Positions 29,963 through 40,410 of a DNA stretch of 64,000 bases are shown in pieces. The stretch's first letter is position 1; each line of letters starts with the position of its first letter. The notes beneath the pieces are model-generated. The model searched no databases. It saw only the letters and a program-made list of their open reading frames with translations, and had not been told where the DNA came from. The stretch lies in contig JABCTC010000001.1 of assembly GCA_018238545.1 (NCBI GenBank), forward strand, positions 32,001 to 96,000, written 5' to 3'. The position numbers and the translations under genes are program-made. The DNA is from Candidatus Heimdallarchaeota archaeon (GTDB taxonomy: Archaea > Asgardarchaeota > Heimdallarchaeia > Heimdallarchaeales > Heimdallarchaeaceae).

Positions 29963-31835
29963 GTGCTTTTTATGAGAATTAAAAATATCTTTTTTGGAAT
30001 AATGTTGAGTATACTTTTTGTTTCATCAGTATCTGTGTACAGAAATTATTCTGTTTTAGCTGCTCAAGTAGGTGATGACTTTTTGAATCCTATTATTGTT
30101 CCTGAAGTACCTACCTATAATTGGACACAAACTTCTTTGGTGTCGACTGAAAGTATAAATGAGACAGCTCATCCCTCACAGGCTGTAGACAGCCAAGGAA
30201 ACGTCCACGTAGTTTGGGCTGATTCAACTTACTATACTGATTCTGGTTGGGATTCAGATATTTTTTACAAGTATTTGAATAGAGAAACAGGAGATTGGTC
30301 CACCACAGAAATAATTTCTTTTGATAGTACAGTAGATTCTATAACTCCTGAAATAGCAATAGATCAAGATGATAGAATCAATGTTGTTTGGGTAGAAATA
30401 ATTGCAAATCCAGTGGCAGCTGATGTCATAGATATTTATTTCTCATATAAAGATGAAAATTCGGGAGAATGGTCATTAAAGGAATTCCACAGAGAGCTCA
30501 GACGATTCTTACAACCCTTCTATCGCAGTAGATACTACTGGTGATGTTTTTATTGTCTGGGAGGATTCTACTGATTACGCTAGTTGCAGCTCAGACTGGG
30601 ACATATTCTTTAAGATACGAAGCAAAAGTTCTGATTTATGGTCATTAACAGAGGTCTTATCAACAGAAAGCTCTGGAGACTCAGTTCAACCTTATATTGC
30701 TGTTGACAGTCATAGAGACCTTCATGTAGTTTGGGCCGATTCTACAGATTTTGGTATTCCTGACGATATTATCCTACAAAAAATTGTGCATAAATTCCGA
30801 GAATCTTACCTTTTATCTTGGTCTGATCTTAAAATACTAACAAAAAATCCTGCATCACAAATTCAACCTGTTTTCATTGGGCAAGTTTTATTTTACAATT
30901 ACTTGCCTATTATTTCAATTGATAGTGAAGATGATGTTCATCTAGCATGTTACAATGAAGAAGTGTATGATGAATTTCATGGAATGCTCCCTCCAGAATT
31001 TACTTACAGAATCCTTTATTCTGAAATTGATTCAACCTGGATTAAGTTGGATCCTGAAATTACTCCTTCTAGTGAGGATATAGTTGAAATCGTTATAGAA
31101 TCTATTGACCATCTTGCTCTTGATAATTATGTTATTCAAGTGTATGATTCTATAATTAATTCAAGACCAGCTCTATCTGTTGATATTCAATCTAATGTTC
31201 ACTTAGCGTTTCCAGCTAAATTTTGGTTTTTTGACATGAGAGTAACTATAAGTGACTGTATTTTTTACGTTCAATTAAACTCAACAAACACTCATATAAT
31301 GTTTACAGTTAATGCCACTCTTTCATACGCACCAACTTTATCAGCTGATACAAAAGGAAGAATTAATCTAATTTGGCAGGATTACTTGTATCATAATGAG
31401 AGCGATACTCATCTAGATATTTTTCACGTTAATTGCATTGTTGCCCCTTTACCACCTATTCTAAACGACGTATTTTCTACTAATAAAGAAGTTACACTAA
31501 ACTGGCAAGGTTATGGTTTTGTTGACAAATACTATGTTCTTCGTGATACAAAAATGATAACCGCTTACACAGCTTATTTTCTAGACCCAATTGCTGAAGT
31601 TACAACAGAATATTTTGAAGAAACTGTATTAGCTGGATATGAGTATTTTTATGCAATTATTGGAGGTAATAGTTTAGCTAATGGTACAATTTCTAATTGT
31701 CTTTCCGTAGATGTAAAATTAGGTTTTATTGCTAATTTTGATATTACTTTCTGGACTTTTACAGGGATTGTAGGAGCATTATCCGTTACATCAATAGTTT
31801 CAATTTCCTTTAATATATTTTTAAGAAAACGATAA
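29963..31835 (+). pseudogene. Frameshifted secreted repeat (beta-propeller-like) protein with FN3-like domain and TM anchor
   Basis: VSTES...AVD...HVVW repeats continue in another frame after ~30485 and join ORF 30786-31835. Confidence 0.8.
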
Positions 31836-31874
31836 TTTCATTTCTCGTTTTTTCTTTTTCTTGTAAATCAAAAA

Positions 31875-32690
31875 ATGTTTATAGCTTCAAAGAATCTTCC
31901 AGATAGCATGAAGTATATGCTTGCACCGATGGAAAAATTGGCAGATTCTGGTTTTAGATATCTTTGTCATAAATATGGTGCTGATCTCACTTTTACAGAA
32001 CTGATTAGATTTGAAACATTAGTAAAGAAAAACAAATCAGCCTTAAAGAGAATTAAACTCTATGATGATACACCTACAATGATTCAGATTATGGGTAAAG
32101 ACGAACAAAAATTAACTGATTTTATGAGAGATTTTACCCCCGAAAAAGGTTTTGAAGGTTTTAACCTGAATTTTGGTTGTCCTTCACAATCCTATGTTAA
32201 ACAAGGTATTGGAAGTGCAATGATTAAAAGACCAACAAAAATCAAAAGAATGGTTGATATTGTTAAAGATCATGGTTACAATGTCAACATCAAGTTGCGT
32301 CTAGGCGTAAATAGGAGAGAGAAAAGAGAGAAAGTCTATCTCAAGTTAATAGAAAAAGCAGATGCGGATTTCTTTGTTGTACATGCCAGACATAGGTCCG
32401 AGTCATATGAAGTAAAAGCAGATTGGAGAGTTTTTTCTGAATGCGTTAAGACAGGAAAAAACATTGTAGCCAATGGAGATATTAAAACTAAAGCGGACGT
32501 AAAAAAAATGGAGGAAATGGGTTGTGTTGGCGTTATGATTGGAAGAGCTGCGATGAACAATCCGTTGATATTTGGACAATTAAAAAACATGAAAGTACCT
32601 TCATTAGCAGATTTAAGACAAGAATATATTGAATTGTGTAAGGATCGCGAATTTAATTATTCTGAGAATGTGTTAAAGTTGCTAAGATAG
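31875..32690 (+). CDS. dus: tRNA-dihydrouridine synthase
   Basis: LAPM, NLNFGCP, VHAR, ANGDI and GVMIGR motifs. Confidence 0.93.
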   Translation: MFIASKNLPDSMKYMLAPMEKLADSGFRYLCHKYGADLTFTELIRFETLVKKNKSALKRIKLYDDTPTMIQIMGKDEQKLTDFMRDFTPEKGFEGFNLNFGCPSQSYVKQGIGSAMIKRPTKIKRMVDIVKDHGYNVNIKLRLGVNRREKREKVYLKLIEKADADFFVVHARHRSESYEVKADWRVFSECVKTGKNIVANGDIKTKADVKKMEEMGCVGVMIGRAAMNNPLIFGQLKNMKVPSLADLRQEYIELCKDREFNYSENVLKLLR

Positions 32691-32786
32691 CCCCCTTCAA
32701 CTCTTTTTAGATACATTGATTGCCTGTTTTGTTTTTTGATTCAAAAAAATCTTTTATAAGTGTGGCATAGATGGTAAATGTAGACC

Positions 32787-34535
32787 ATGAGAAAATTTCA
32801 AGTAAAAATCATTTTGTCACTTGTATCTTTCTTGTTAGTATTTGTTTCAATAACAATGTTACAAGTAAACGATAGTGCTCTTTCTAATTATCAAGATGTA
32901 ACGATGACTGAACCTATCACTGGAGATACTCTAAGGGGCAAATACTATCCTGGCACAGTAAATGTTGGTTTAATGGTTCTAGAAGGATTTGGTACTGATC
33001 ATGTTACTATGAAAAACATCCTTACTGAATTTGCAGAGTTTGGTTTTCATCTCTTCGCATTTGATTTCTCAGGGCACGGTCGATCTGATGGATCATTAGG
33101 ATTTGATTATGCTCAAACTGATAGATTGGCGAATCAGACATTACTAGCAAAGAATGAATTCGTTAACCTTTCAGGATTGAACAATTCTGAAATTATCATG
33201 TTAGGGCATTCAATAGGTGCACGAGTTGCTTTACAAGCTGTTACTTATGACCCTCATCCAGTTAATGGGTTAATCTTGTTAGGGACACAATTGAATCTCG
33301 ACGTCAATGCTCAACCTAGTTTTTTCACAGGAAAAACAGATTCAGAGCTAGCTTGGGTTCAAGGTTTAAGTGCTGAAACTCCCGAAACTAACCTTATCAT
33401 GATTAGTGGTTCATGGGATGATGTACTTCCCGTTGAATCAGCTTTCTTGCTTTATGAACAATTGACTGGTCAACAAACAACAGATTACAATGCGCAATTT
33501 ACTAACATTCAAGGTAAAACAAGGGAATTATCAATCGTCAAGAATCTGTTTCACAATCACGAAGTTTTCTCAGCAAGAGTGATGAAAAAAGCAAAAGAAT
33601 GGACTGTTGATTTGATGGTGTTTCCTGTAGAATCAATATATGTTGATGCTACTGTAATGAGAATAATATTCTGGATAATAGGTTCTTTGAGTCTTTTTTC
33701 TGCAATCATTTTCACAATATTATCTTTTGATCCCTTAAAAGAAACAAGATTGGAAAATGATGACCATGCAGCTGTAGTATCAGAACCAAGAAAGTTTCTA
33801 TGGTCAAAATTACTTCTCTGGTTAGGCGGATTGCCAATCGCAGTTCTTCTGTGTGGACTGTTTATATTAATTCCAATAGATTTACCTATTTTCAACCTTA
33901 TCTATGTTGGTTTTATTAGCGGTTATGGTATCATGCTCCTAATTCTTTATCTCATAGGGAAAATGCCAGGTGTAACGGGAAGGATGAGGTTTGGTTTCCA
34001 AGATTTAGAAGTTGAAGATGAAGAATTATTAACGAAATCTGCAATCTTTAAGATCAAACTCAAATATCTCTTAAACAAAGACTATAACTGGGTTAAACCT
34101 GTTCTTTCTGTTCTAGCTGGAGCAGTTATTATACTCTTAAGCTCATTATTTGTTAATACAGGACTGTGGTATGTTTTCCCAACATCAAGGATTTTCTGGT
34201 TGATAATATTTAGTTTCTTTACTTCTATAGGATTCTATATCAGTTTGTTTGAAATGAAAATGATGTTGCGTTCTTTTGGAAAATCAAAATTATATCTTAC
34301 TCTTTCCACACTAATCGGATTTGTACCTTTCTTCCTACTAGCCATCTTCTATCTAGTTTTAGGGTCTTTCTCTGGAATGCTAGGAAGCTTCAATGGATTG
34401 ATAATACTTGGATTATCTGTTACCGTTAGTATTCTAATTCAGAAAATAACTAAAAATGATTATATAACAGCCTTCATTCAAGCATTTTTGTTGCAGTTAT
34501 TAATACTTCCACAAGGAGTATTATTTACACTTTAA
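32787..34535 (+). CDS. Alpha/beta hydrolase with C-terminal multi-TM domain
   Basis: FDFSGHGRSDG and GHSIG nucleophile elbow; several C-terminal TMs. Confidence 0.85.
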   Translation: MRKFQVKIILSLVSFLLVFVSITMLQVNDSALSNYQDVTMTEPITGDTLRGKYYPGTVNVGLMVLEGFGTDHVTMKNILTEFAEFGFHLFAFDFSGHGRSDGSLGFDYAQTDRLANQTLLAKNEFVNLSGLNNSEIIMLGHSIGARVALQAVTYDPHPVNGLILLGTQLNLDVNAQPSFFTGKTDSELAWVQGLSAETPETNLIMISGSWDDVLPVESAFLLYEQLTGQQTTDYNAQFTNIQGKTRELSIVKNLFHNHEVFSARVMKKAKEWTVDLMVFPVESIYVDATVMRIIFWIIGSLSLFSAIIFTILSFDPLKETRLENDDHAAVVSEPRKFLWSKLLLWLGGLPIAVLLCGLFILIPIDLPIFNLIYVGFISGYGIMLLILYLIGKMPGVTGRMRFGFQDLEVEDEELLTKSAIFKIKLKYLLNKDYNWVKPVLSVLAGAVIILLSSLFVNTGLWYVFPTSRIFWLIIFSFFTSIGFYISLFEMKMMLRSFGKSKLYLTLSTLIGFVPFFLLAIFYLVLGSFSGMLGSFNGLIILGLSVTVSILIQKITKNDYITAFIQAFLLQLLILPQGVLFTL

Positions 34536-34607
34536 TCTGACACAGAACTAGATAAGTTTTTTTTGTCAAGGCAAAAATTTAAATTGATGTAAATTAGATA
34601 TTATTAC

Positions 34608-34666
34608 GGAGCTAGCTTCACTTTGTCAGAGTTTTCCACCTATGACATGATAAAACAACTGGCTCC
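34608..34666 (+). ncRNA. Candidate small structured RNA
   Basis: GGAGCTAG/CTGGCTCC outer stem, TGTCA/TGACA inner stem, TTTAAAT 30 nt upstream, pyrimidine tail. Confidence 0.4.
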
Positions 34667-34726
34667 ATCCCATCCCATTCTATTCTTAAAAAACACTAAG
34701 AAAATGAGATGATACTAGGAAAAAGT

Positions 34727-34942
34727 TTACAACCATTTAGTTAATACTTCATCAGCGCCTTTTAGAAGATCAAGTAACATCTCTCTGCTGTCTTTTTCTT
34801 CTACTTTCACTTCTCTAATCTGTAGAATCCTTGTTAATCTGTCGCAAAGCTCTTCTTCAAGTTCTTTCATGATACCGTTTTTAATGCCATAACTCATTTT
34901 CTGTTTCACCGTAAATAGTTTTATTAGACTAATTAACGTCAA
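34727..34942 (-). CDS. Small hypothetical protein (start probably further downstream)
   Basis: Amphipathic charged sequence; no family recognised. Confidence 0.4.
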   Translation of the reverse strand: MTLISLIKLFTVKQKMSYGIKNGIMKELEEELCDRLTRILQIREVKVEEKDSREMLLDLLKGADEVLTKWL

Positions 34943-35092
34943 TTTATGTAGTTCTACCTTAACTAACGTGCTTTTTTTTATATATTCATGTAATTCCCAT
35001 ATGACATTAATATAGTAGAGAAATGAGCTTAAAAAGATAAAAGAAATAGAATAGCAGATTCACACACTTGTGTAAATAATTCTTACACATTC

Positions 35093-35150
35093 GGATAGTA
35101 AAATAAGGTTTAAAAGAGAAGTTATTCGTTATTTTTCCCGTAATAGTGAA
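35093..35150 (+). repeat. Orphan copy of the promoter and start codon of gene 38374
   Basis: 48/58 ungapped match to 38321-38378. Confidence 0.8.
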
Positions 35151-35281
35151 CTCAAAAGATAGTTTTTTGAAGAGTTCTTTTTACCGAAGAAAAACTACTA
35201 CTTTGTTTTGTTAGTGTATTGAAAGAAGGTGCTTTAACAGCTGTATTGGAAAGGTTTAGGAAAATGAGAAAGAAGTTATAC

Positions 35282-36376
35282 CTAGAAATCAAACCCAAAA
35301 AACGAAGTTTTATCAATATACTTTTTAAGATTAGGTTTAGATTTTGAGCAGATATCAACGATCAAATTTAATAAATCTTCAGACATTTGTTTTCTGAATT
35401 CTTGGAATTGTTTTCCATCAAATTTACTTGCAGAACATATTATTGCTAATTCATTGCATTTAGATAAAATATTATTCATTTCTTTTGCTAATGTTGATCT
35501 AAATTTGGATTCAGTTTTTATATTTCTTATTTCTCTCAAAAGATATTTTAGATATATAGGGCTCTTTGAACCATCTGCTGTTTTCTTATTAGTATTAATT
35601 ACAACAATGTTGGTATTATTGTACTCCTTCAAAAGTTCTGTAGGGATACCTATGACATTGGAGTTTTGAGGATCAATATAGGTAGTTGTATAATCAATTA
35701 TGGTTTGAAAAGGAAAAGGAGCTATTATCTTCAAGATTTCAATCATTTCAAGTACAGATGGTTTGTCACCACAAATAATTATAGATTCATAAGCTAATAA
35801 AGCATAAAAAACTCTCTCTAAACCCGTTTTGATACTATCTAGAAAAGAGATTAATGAGATGTCCATTTTATTAGTCATTTTTTTATGATAATTGGTTAGA
35901 AGAAATCCGGAAAATCTTTTTATCGCAGCGTAAGTTTTGTCATACTTCGCTACTACTTCAACTATTATATTATCTACAATCTGTTCGTGTTCTTGTGAGA
36001 GGATCATCTCTGAACTAATGTCTTGAACCTCAAAAGTAATTTTTGTTGATATTTCAGTTAGAATCTTTCGAATAATTTCTCTATCATAATCTTTAGTGAA
36101 ATCTTTAATTGCAACAACTCCAAAAGACTCACTGATTTCCATGTATATCTCATTCGTTTTCGTTGTAAAGTAATCTGCTTGACCTGCATCAATCTCTAAT
36201 AGAACCGATTGTATGGCAGAAATTACGCCAGAAAAAAGAGTTACTCTCTCAATAGATGAGTCTCTTGATAGAATTAGTTCTTTGAAATAAATTGGCATTC
36301 CAGTTGGAGAGATGATGTATATGGTGTTAATCATATAAATACACAGGACATGATGTTTTTTTAGGTGTGTTTTCAT
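35282..36376 (-). CDS. Longin plus DENN-like domain protein
   Basis: IYIISPTGMPIY and LFSGVISAI longin pattern; VFYALL...IIICGD cDENN-like core; start likely at MINTIY. Confidence 0.65.
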   Translation of the reverse strand: MKTHLKKHHVLCIYMINTIYIISPTGMPIYFKELILSRDSSIERVTLFSGVISAIQSVLLEIDAGQADYFTTKTNEIYMEISESFGVVAIKDFTKDYDREIIRKILTEISTKITFEVQDISSEMILSQEHEQIVDNIIVEVVAKYDKTYAAIKRFSGFLLTNYHKKMTNKMDISLISFLDSIKTGLERVFYALLAYESIIICGDKPSVLEMIEILKIIAPFPFQTIIDYTTTYIDPQNSNVIGIPTELLKEYNNTNIVVINTNKKTADGSKSPIYLKYLLREIRNIKTESKFRSTLAKEMNNILSKCNELAIICSASKFDGKQFQEFRKQMSEDLLNLIVDICSKSKPNLKKYIDKTSFFGFDF

Positions 36377-36453
36377 TGAAATATTTAAAACAATTATGTT
36401 TGGGATACAAACTTAATTTGATATTGCATCATTCATTCAATAAAATGAAGATC

Positions 36454-36765
36454 TTATTTTATTATCATTTTATAGGTTCGGAGACTTAGTAAAACCATAA
36501 TTAAAACGAATAATGAACCAAACACATAAACAATAGGAGTCATAATTTGATTGATTATTTCAAAATCAAGGCTAATACTTACTATAGCAACTATATAACC
36601 TATTGTAAAGAGAGCTACTAGAGAGAAAGCAATTTTCCAATATCTGCTTATTTTTGCATCCTTTGGGAATAAAGATATGATTTTCAGCATTACAACAAAA
36701 CAAATCACGAAGTCTATGATTCCAATGACACATGCAATAATCGTAAAGATACCAATTCCATCCAT
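36454..36765 (-). CDS. Small three-TM membrane protein
   Basis: ATG at 36765; three hydrophobic segments. Confidence 0.7.
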   Translation of the reverse strand: MDGIGIFTIIACVIGIIDFVICFVVMLKIISLFPKDAKISRYWKIAFSLVALFTIGYIVAIVSISLDFEIINQIMTPIVYVFGSLFVLIMVLLSLRTYKMIIK

Positions 36766-36865
36766 TTTGAACAAATCTTGTAGAATTAATATTGTATATA
36801 AGTATTTTTGATAGAAATATGTAAGAAAAATATTACCATAACGTTCATAAAAAAGTAAAAACAAT

Positions 36866-36897
36866 TATGATGAGTTTTTGTCTTGTTGTCATATAAG
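36866..36897 (+). repeat. Terminal inverted repeat, element 2 (tnpB 3' side)
   Basis: TATGATGAGTTTTTGTCTTGTTGTCATATAAG. Confidence 0.8.
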
Positions 36898-37032
36898 GAC
36901 AACTTCAGTCGAGTCTTTATTAGAGGTCAACATATAAAACTATAATAGTTCTATACTAACTCTGAGTGGATACATCACGTATCCTCCTACCCCGTTCACC
37001 CTGCGTTTAGGCAAGGCTTTCGGATCGCTTTT
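36866..37032 (-). ncRNA. Putative omega/reRNA of tnpB element 2
   Basis: Near-identical 82 nt block shared with element 1; boundaries uncertain. Confidence 0.55.
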
Positions 37033-38188
37033 GAGTAAAATGTTGTATGCAGCATTGACATCAGCATTAATCAAGAAGCCGTTAGCGGATCTAAACAACC
37101 CTCGAGTAACTCGACGACCATCGTACTTTTTCCTAGCTTTTGGGAATTCATTGTCAAGAAAACTACACTTGGAAGTATATTTTTCGGGAATAAGTTCTAC
37201 CTTTATCCCTCGTTCTGCACCTTTATACTTCAAGATGTTGATGATACGTAGAAAGGGGATGGTGACGAACATCTGGGTGATCTTTTTCCAGAACTGCACC
37301 CCTTGCTTCCACTTCTTGTTGTAACCGATAATGACCTCGTGTAGCCCTCTTTTCTTCCCATAAGTCAAGTAAATAACAAGTGAGTTTGTGGATGGCGTCT
37401 TTTAATTTTCGCCTCCACTTCTCTCGGAGTTTGTAGTAGGTATGACCATATGTCAATCGGTGTTTTCCTTGTAGTTTTTGTCTTTGCTGTTGAGCGTATT
37501 GAATTTGTAATTGTTTCTGTTTTTTCAAATAATATTGTGTTATGGATTTTATCCCTTTCCCTGCATCTTTGATAACAATCGGTTGTCCTCCGAGGTTATC
37601 CACAAAGGTGGCAAGGTTGATCATCCCTAAATCTACTCCACCTTTTCGTATAAGCTTCTTGCGGAGTTTAGGCAAGGTTTTCTGATAAACTAACTCAAGG
37701 GTGTACCCAGGTCTTCTTGGAACGATTCTAACCTCTCGTAAATCAATGTGAGAAGTCAATCGCGTTTTGTAATTGTATCCCACTTTTTTCGGCAGAACCA
37801 GCCATCCATTTACAATCCTTGCTTGTTGGTTAGTGAAGATAGCTACCACTTCTCCATCCTTCTTCTTGTAGTTAGGAGGACGAGGCATAGCGAAGAAATT
37901 TCCAGGGTTGACTTTCCATTCCTTCATCGCTCGAAAATATCCCTTCCAGTTTCGACAGAGGAGTTTGAGGGTTTGTTGGGAAGTCTGAGCTGGTAGAACG
38001 CGATAACATTCTTCGTGGTTAAGTAACTTGTTGAGATCATTGTAAAAGAGTAGTTTATTCTTTTTGTTCAATGAGATTTTTATCAGAAAATTCGCTCGAT
38101 TATAGAGATTTTTTACTTGATGACAAATCTTGCTTAAACTAGGCTGATACTTTACTTCTATACATTCCACCCTAGGAACTTTCGTCAT
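36940..38188 (-). pseudogene. tnpB: Frameshifted tnpB
   Basis: ORFs 37223-38188 and 36940-37368 join into a homolog of 10530-11789; one extra base in the run at 37350-37353. Confidence 0.9.
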
Positions 38189-38269
38189 CTCTTCTTTACC
38201 TAGAGATTCTTATAAAAACTCCCGTAATATTCACTTTAAACCATCCATTTAAACTGATATAGTTGTTAG

Positions 38270-38301
38270 TTAATATGACTGCATGACAAAAATTCATCAT
38301 A
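38270..38301 (-). repeat. Terminal inverted repeat, element 2 (tnpB 5' side)
   Basis: Reverse complement reads TATGATGAATTTTTGTCATGCAGTCATATTAA. Confidence 0.8.
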
Positions 38302-38373
38302 TGACATTTCTAAATTGTCTGGATGGTAAAACAAGGTTTAAAAAAGAACTCATTCGTTACCTTTACCGTAAAA

Positions 38374-40173
38374 ATGAATCAACTAAAAATAACTAAATTA
38401 ACAATAAAGATTGGTCTAACATTCTTTATTATTTTTGCTTTAATGTTTCAAGCAACTAGCGGTAGTTTTGCAACATTAGAAAATGAAAACGGACACATAC
38501 GAGAGATTAATCTTACACTAACTGATGGAATTGTAATCAATAATACTAATATAGCCTCTTTCAGTTCCTCAGGAACAGGAGCTATTGATGATCCTTACAT
38601 CATAGATAATCTCAATATTAACACAACAGACGGTAATGCAGTGAAATTTTATTATGTTACCTCTTATTTTGTACTGAGAGATTCAAATATAAAAGGTTCA
38701 ACTTACGGAGTGTATGTCGATGGAGGTACTTCTGGTGGAGTAACTATTATTAATTGCACGCTTGAGGGTAATTTTGCAGTTGGTGGTGCCAACGCTCACT
38801 ATATGACTATTTACAATAATACTCTCAAAACAGAAGAAAGAAATCGTTTCACTCGTGGAGCTAATTTTACAAATAACGTAGTGTATTCAACAGGAGATGG
38901 CATTATGGGTGTATCACAATATGATATCACTGTTAAAGATAATGTTTTTTATGGAAACAAATCTGAATTTTCAATAGGTAGTGTAACCAACTCAAGTATA
39001 GAAAATAATATTTTGTATGATGGAAGTTTTAACTTGGAATTCAATACAATATCTGATTTGCTAAATACCTCCTTTGAAAACAATATAGTGAATGGAAGAC
39101 CTTTTGGATTGTTGGTAAATCTTACAGATACAATAGTTACAGGTAACCAATATGGTCAGATTTACATAGCAAATTCTACAAACATAGAAATTGAAGGATA
39201 TTCTATTGATAATGTGTACGTTGGATTGCAAGTATTTAACTCTACTAATATAACTATTAACAATGTAAATGTAACAGGTCGTAATGGTATAACAGCTGAA
39301 ACAGTTGATGGTCTTTTAATAGAAAATTGTAATTTTTATGGTGAATATTACGGAATACAAACTGAAGAAGTATATAATAATCTCATTATTCAAAATAACT
39401 ATTTTGAAGGATTTAGAGATGCCATTGAACTAATCTTTTCAGATAAAGTCAAAATCAAAAACAATACAATAATTGATGCTAAAACAACTGGAATTGTATT
39501 GGATGAAGGATCAGACCTAGAAATCATGTTTAATATTATAACATGTTACATTGTTGACGAAGGGTATCAAAGTTGTATAGACCTCTTTGGCTTTGAAACT
39601 GCAAGTATATACTATAATGTATTCATTGGACTAGGAAATGAAGAAGCTTATTTAGTAGAAGAAGGGTCCGTGACAAGTGCTTTTTGGTACAATGATTCTC
39701 TAGAAATCGGTAATTACTATTCTAACTGGAATGGTTCAGGTTCTTACACCATCGAAGGAGATGGTGGAAGTGAAGACCTTTATCCATTCATTGACATAGA
39801 TGGAGATACACTAAATGAGAGCATGGAAGTGTTAGTCTATCATACAGACCCATTTTCAAATGATAGCGATTCTGATGGTTTAACAGATAATGACGAAATT
39901 GACATCTACTTTACCAATCCAACTGATCAAGACACAGATTCCGATGGTTTGAATGATGGAGAAGAAGTTTTTGTATATCTCACTGACCCATTAAATAACG
40001 ACACAGACTCAGATGGTTTTACTGATGGCGAGGAAGTTGCTGAAGGAACTGACCCATTAGATGAAAATGATTTCCCTGTTATAGTTTCCGAATTTGGGAC
40101 AGTATCACTTGTCATTCTTATTGCTACTCTCTTTCCAATATTTTTCGTCATATTTAATAAAAAGAATAAGTGA
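38374..40173 (+). CDS. Beta-helix surface protein with Asp-rich Ca-binding repeats and C-terminal anchor
   Basis: Signal peptide; GTGAIDDPY; DSDSDGLTD repeats; SEFG plus TM plus Lys tail. Confidence 0.85.
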   Translation: MNQLKITKLTIKIGLTFFIIFALMFQATSGSFATLENENGHIREINLTLTDGIVINNTNIASFSSSGTGAIDDPYIIDNLNINTTDGNAVKFYYVTSYFVLRDSNIKGSTYGVYVDGGTSGGVTIINCTLEGNFAVGGANAHYMTIYNNTLKTEERNRFTRGANFTNNVVYSTGDGIMGVSQYDITVKDNVFYGNKSEFSIGSVTNSSIENNILYDGSFNLEFNTISDLLNTSFENNIVNGRPFGLLVNLTDTIVTGNQYGQIYIANSTNIEIEGYSIDNVYVGLQVFNSTNITINNVNVTGRNGITAETVDGLLIENCNFYGEYYGIQTEEVYNNLIIQNNYFEGFRDAIELIFSDKVKIKNNTIIDAKTTGIVLDEGSDLEIMFNIITCYIVDEGYQSCIDLFGFETASIYYNVFIGLGNEEAYLVEEGSVTSAFWYNDSLEIGNYYSNWNGSGSYTIEGDGGSEDLYPFIDIDGDTLNESMEVLVYHTDPFSNDSDSDGLTDNDEIDIYFTNPTDQDTDSDGLNDGEEVFVYLTDPLNNDTDSDGFTDGEEVAEGTDPLDENDFPVIVSEFGTVSLVILIATLFPIFFVIFNKKNK

Positions 40174-40410
40174 TTTATTCTTTTTCTCTTTTCTTTTTTT
40201 AACTCAAATTCTGTCTTTTCTTTAATTATTTTGAGTAAAAGATTTATTTACAAAAAGGATTACTAGTTTGTAATATGTTGAGTAAAAGCTCAATAGCTTT
40301 TGTGTCACCTATCTTTCTCGTCTTTTTCAATTTTTACAGTTGTATGTTTGCATTAGAGCTGGACATTAAAATAAGACTTAAAAGAAGTCTCAAGAGTATG
40401 TAGTACGAAC

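Larger units (their letters stand above)
36866..38301 (-). mobile_element. Non-autonomous tnpB element 2 with terminal inverted repeats and TA ends
   Basis: Inverted ends 36866-36897 and 38270-38301 match at 26/32; same layout as element 1. Confidence 0.8.

Noticed and set aside
36866-38304. TATGA as a 5 bp target duplication of element 2
   Set aside because: Element 1 shares only TA across its ends, and the left TATGA belongs to the TIR consensus.
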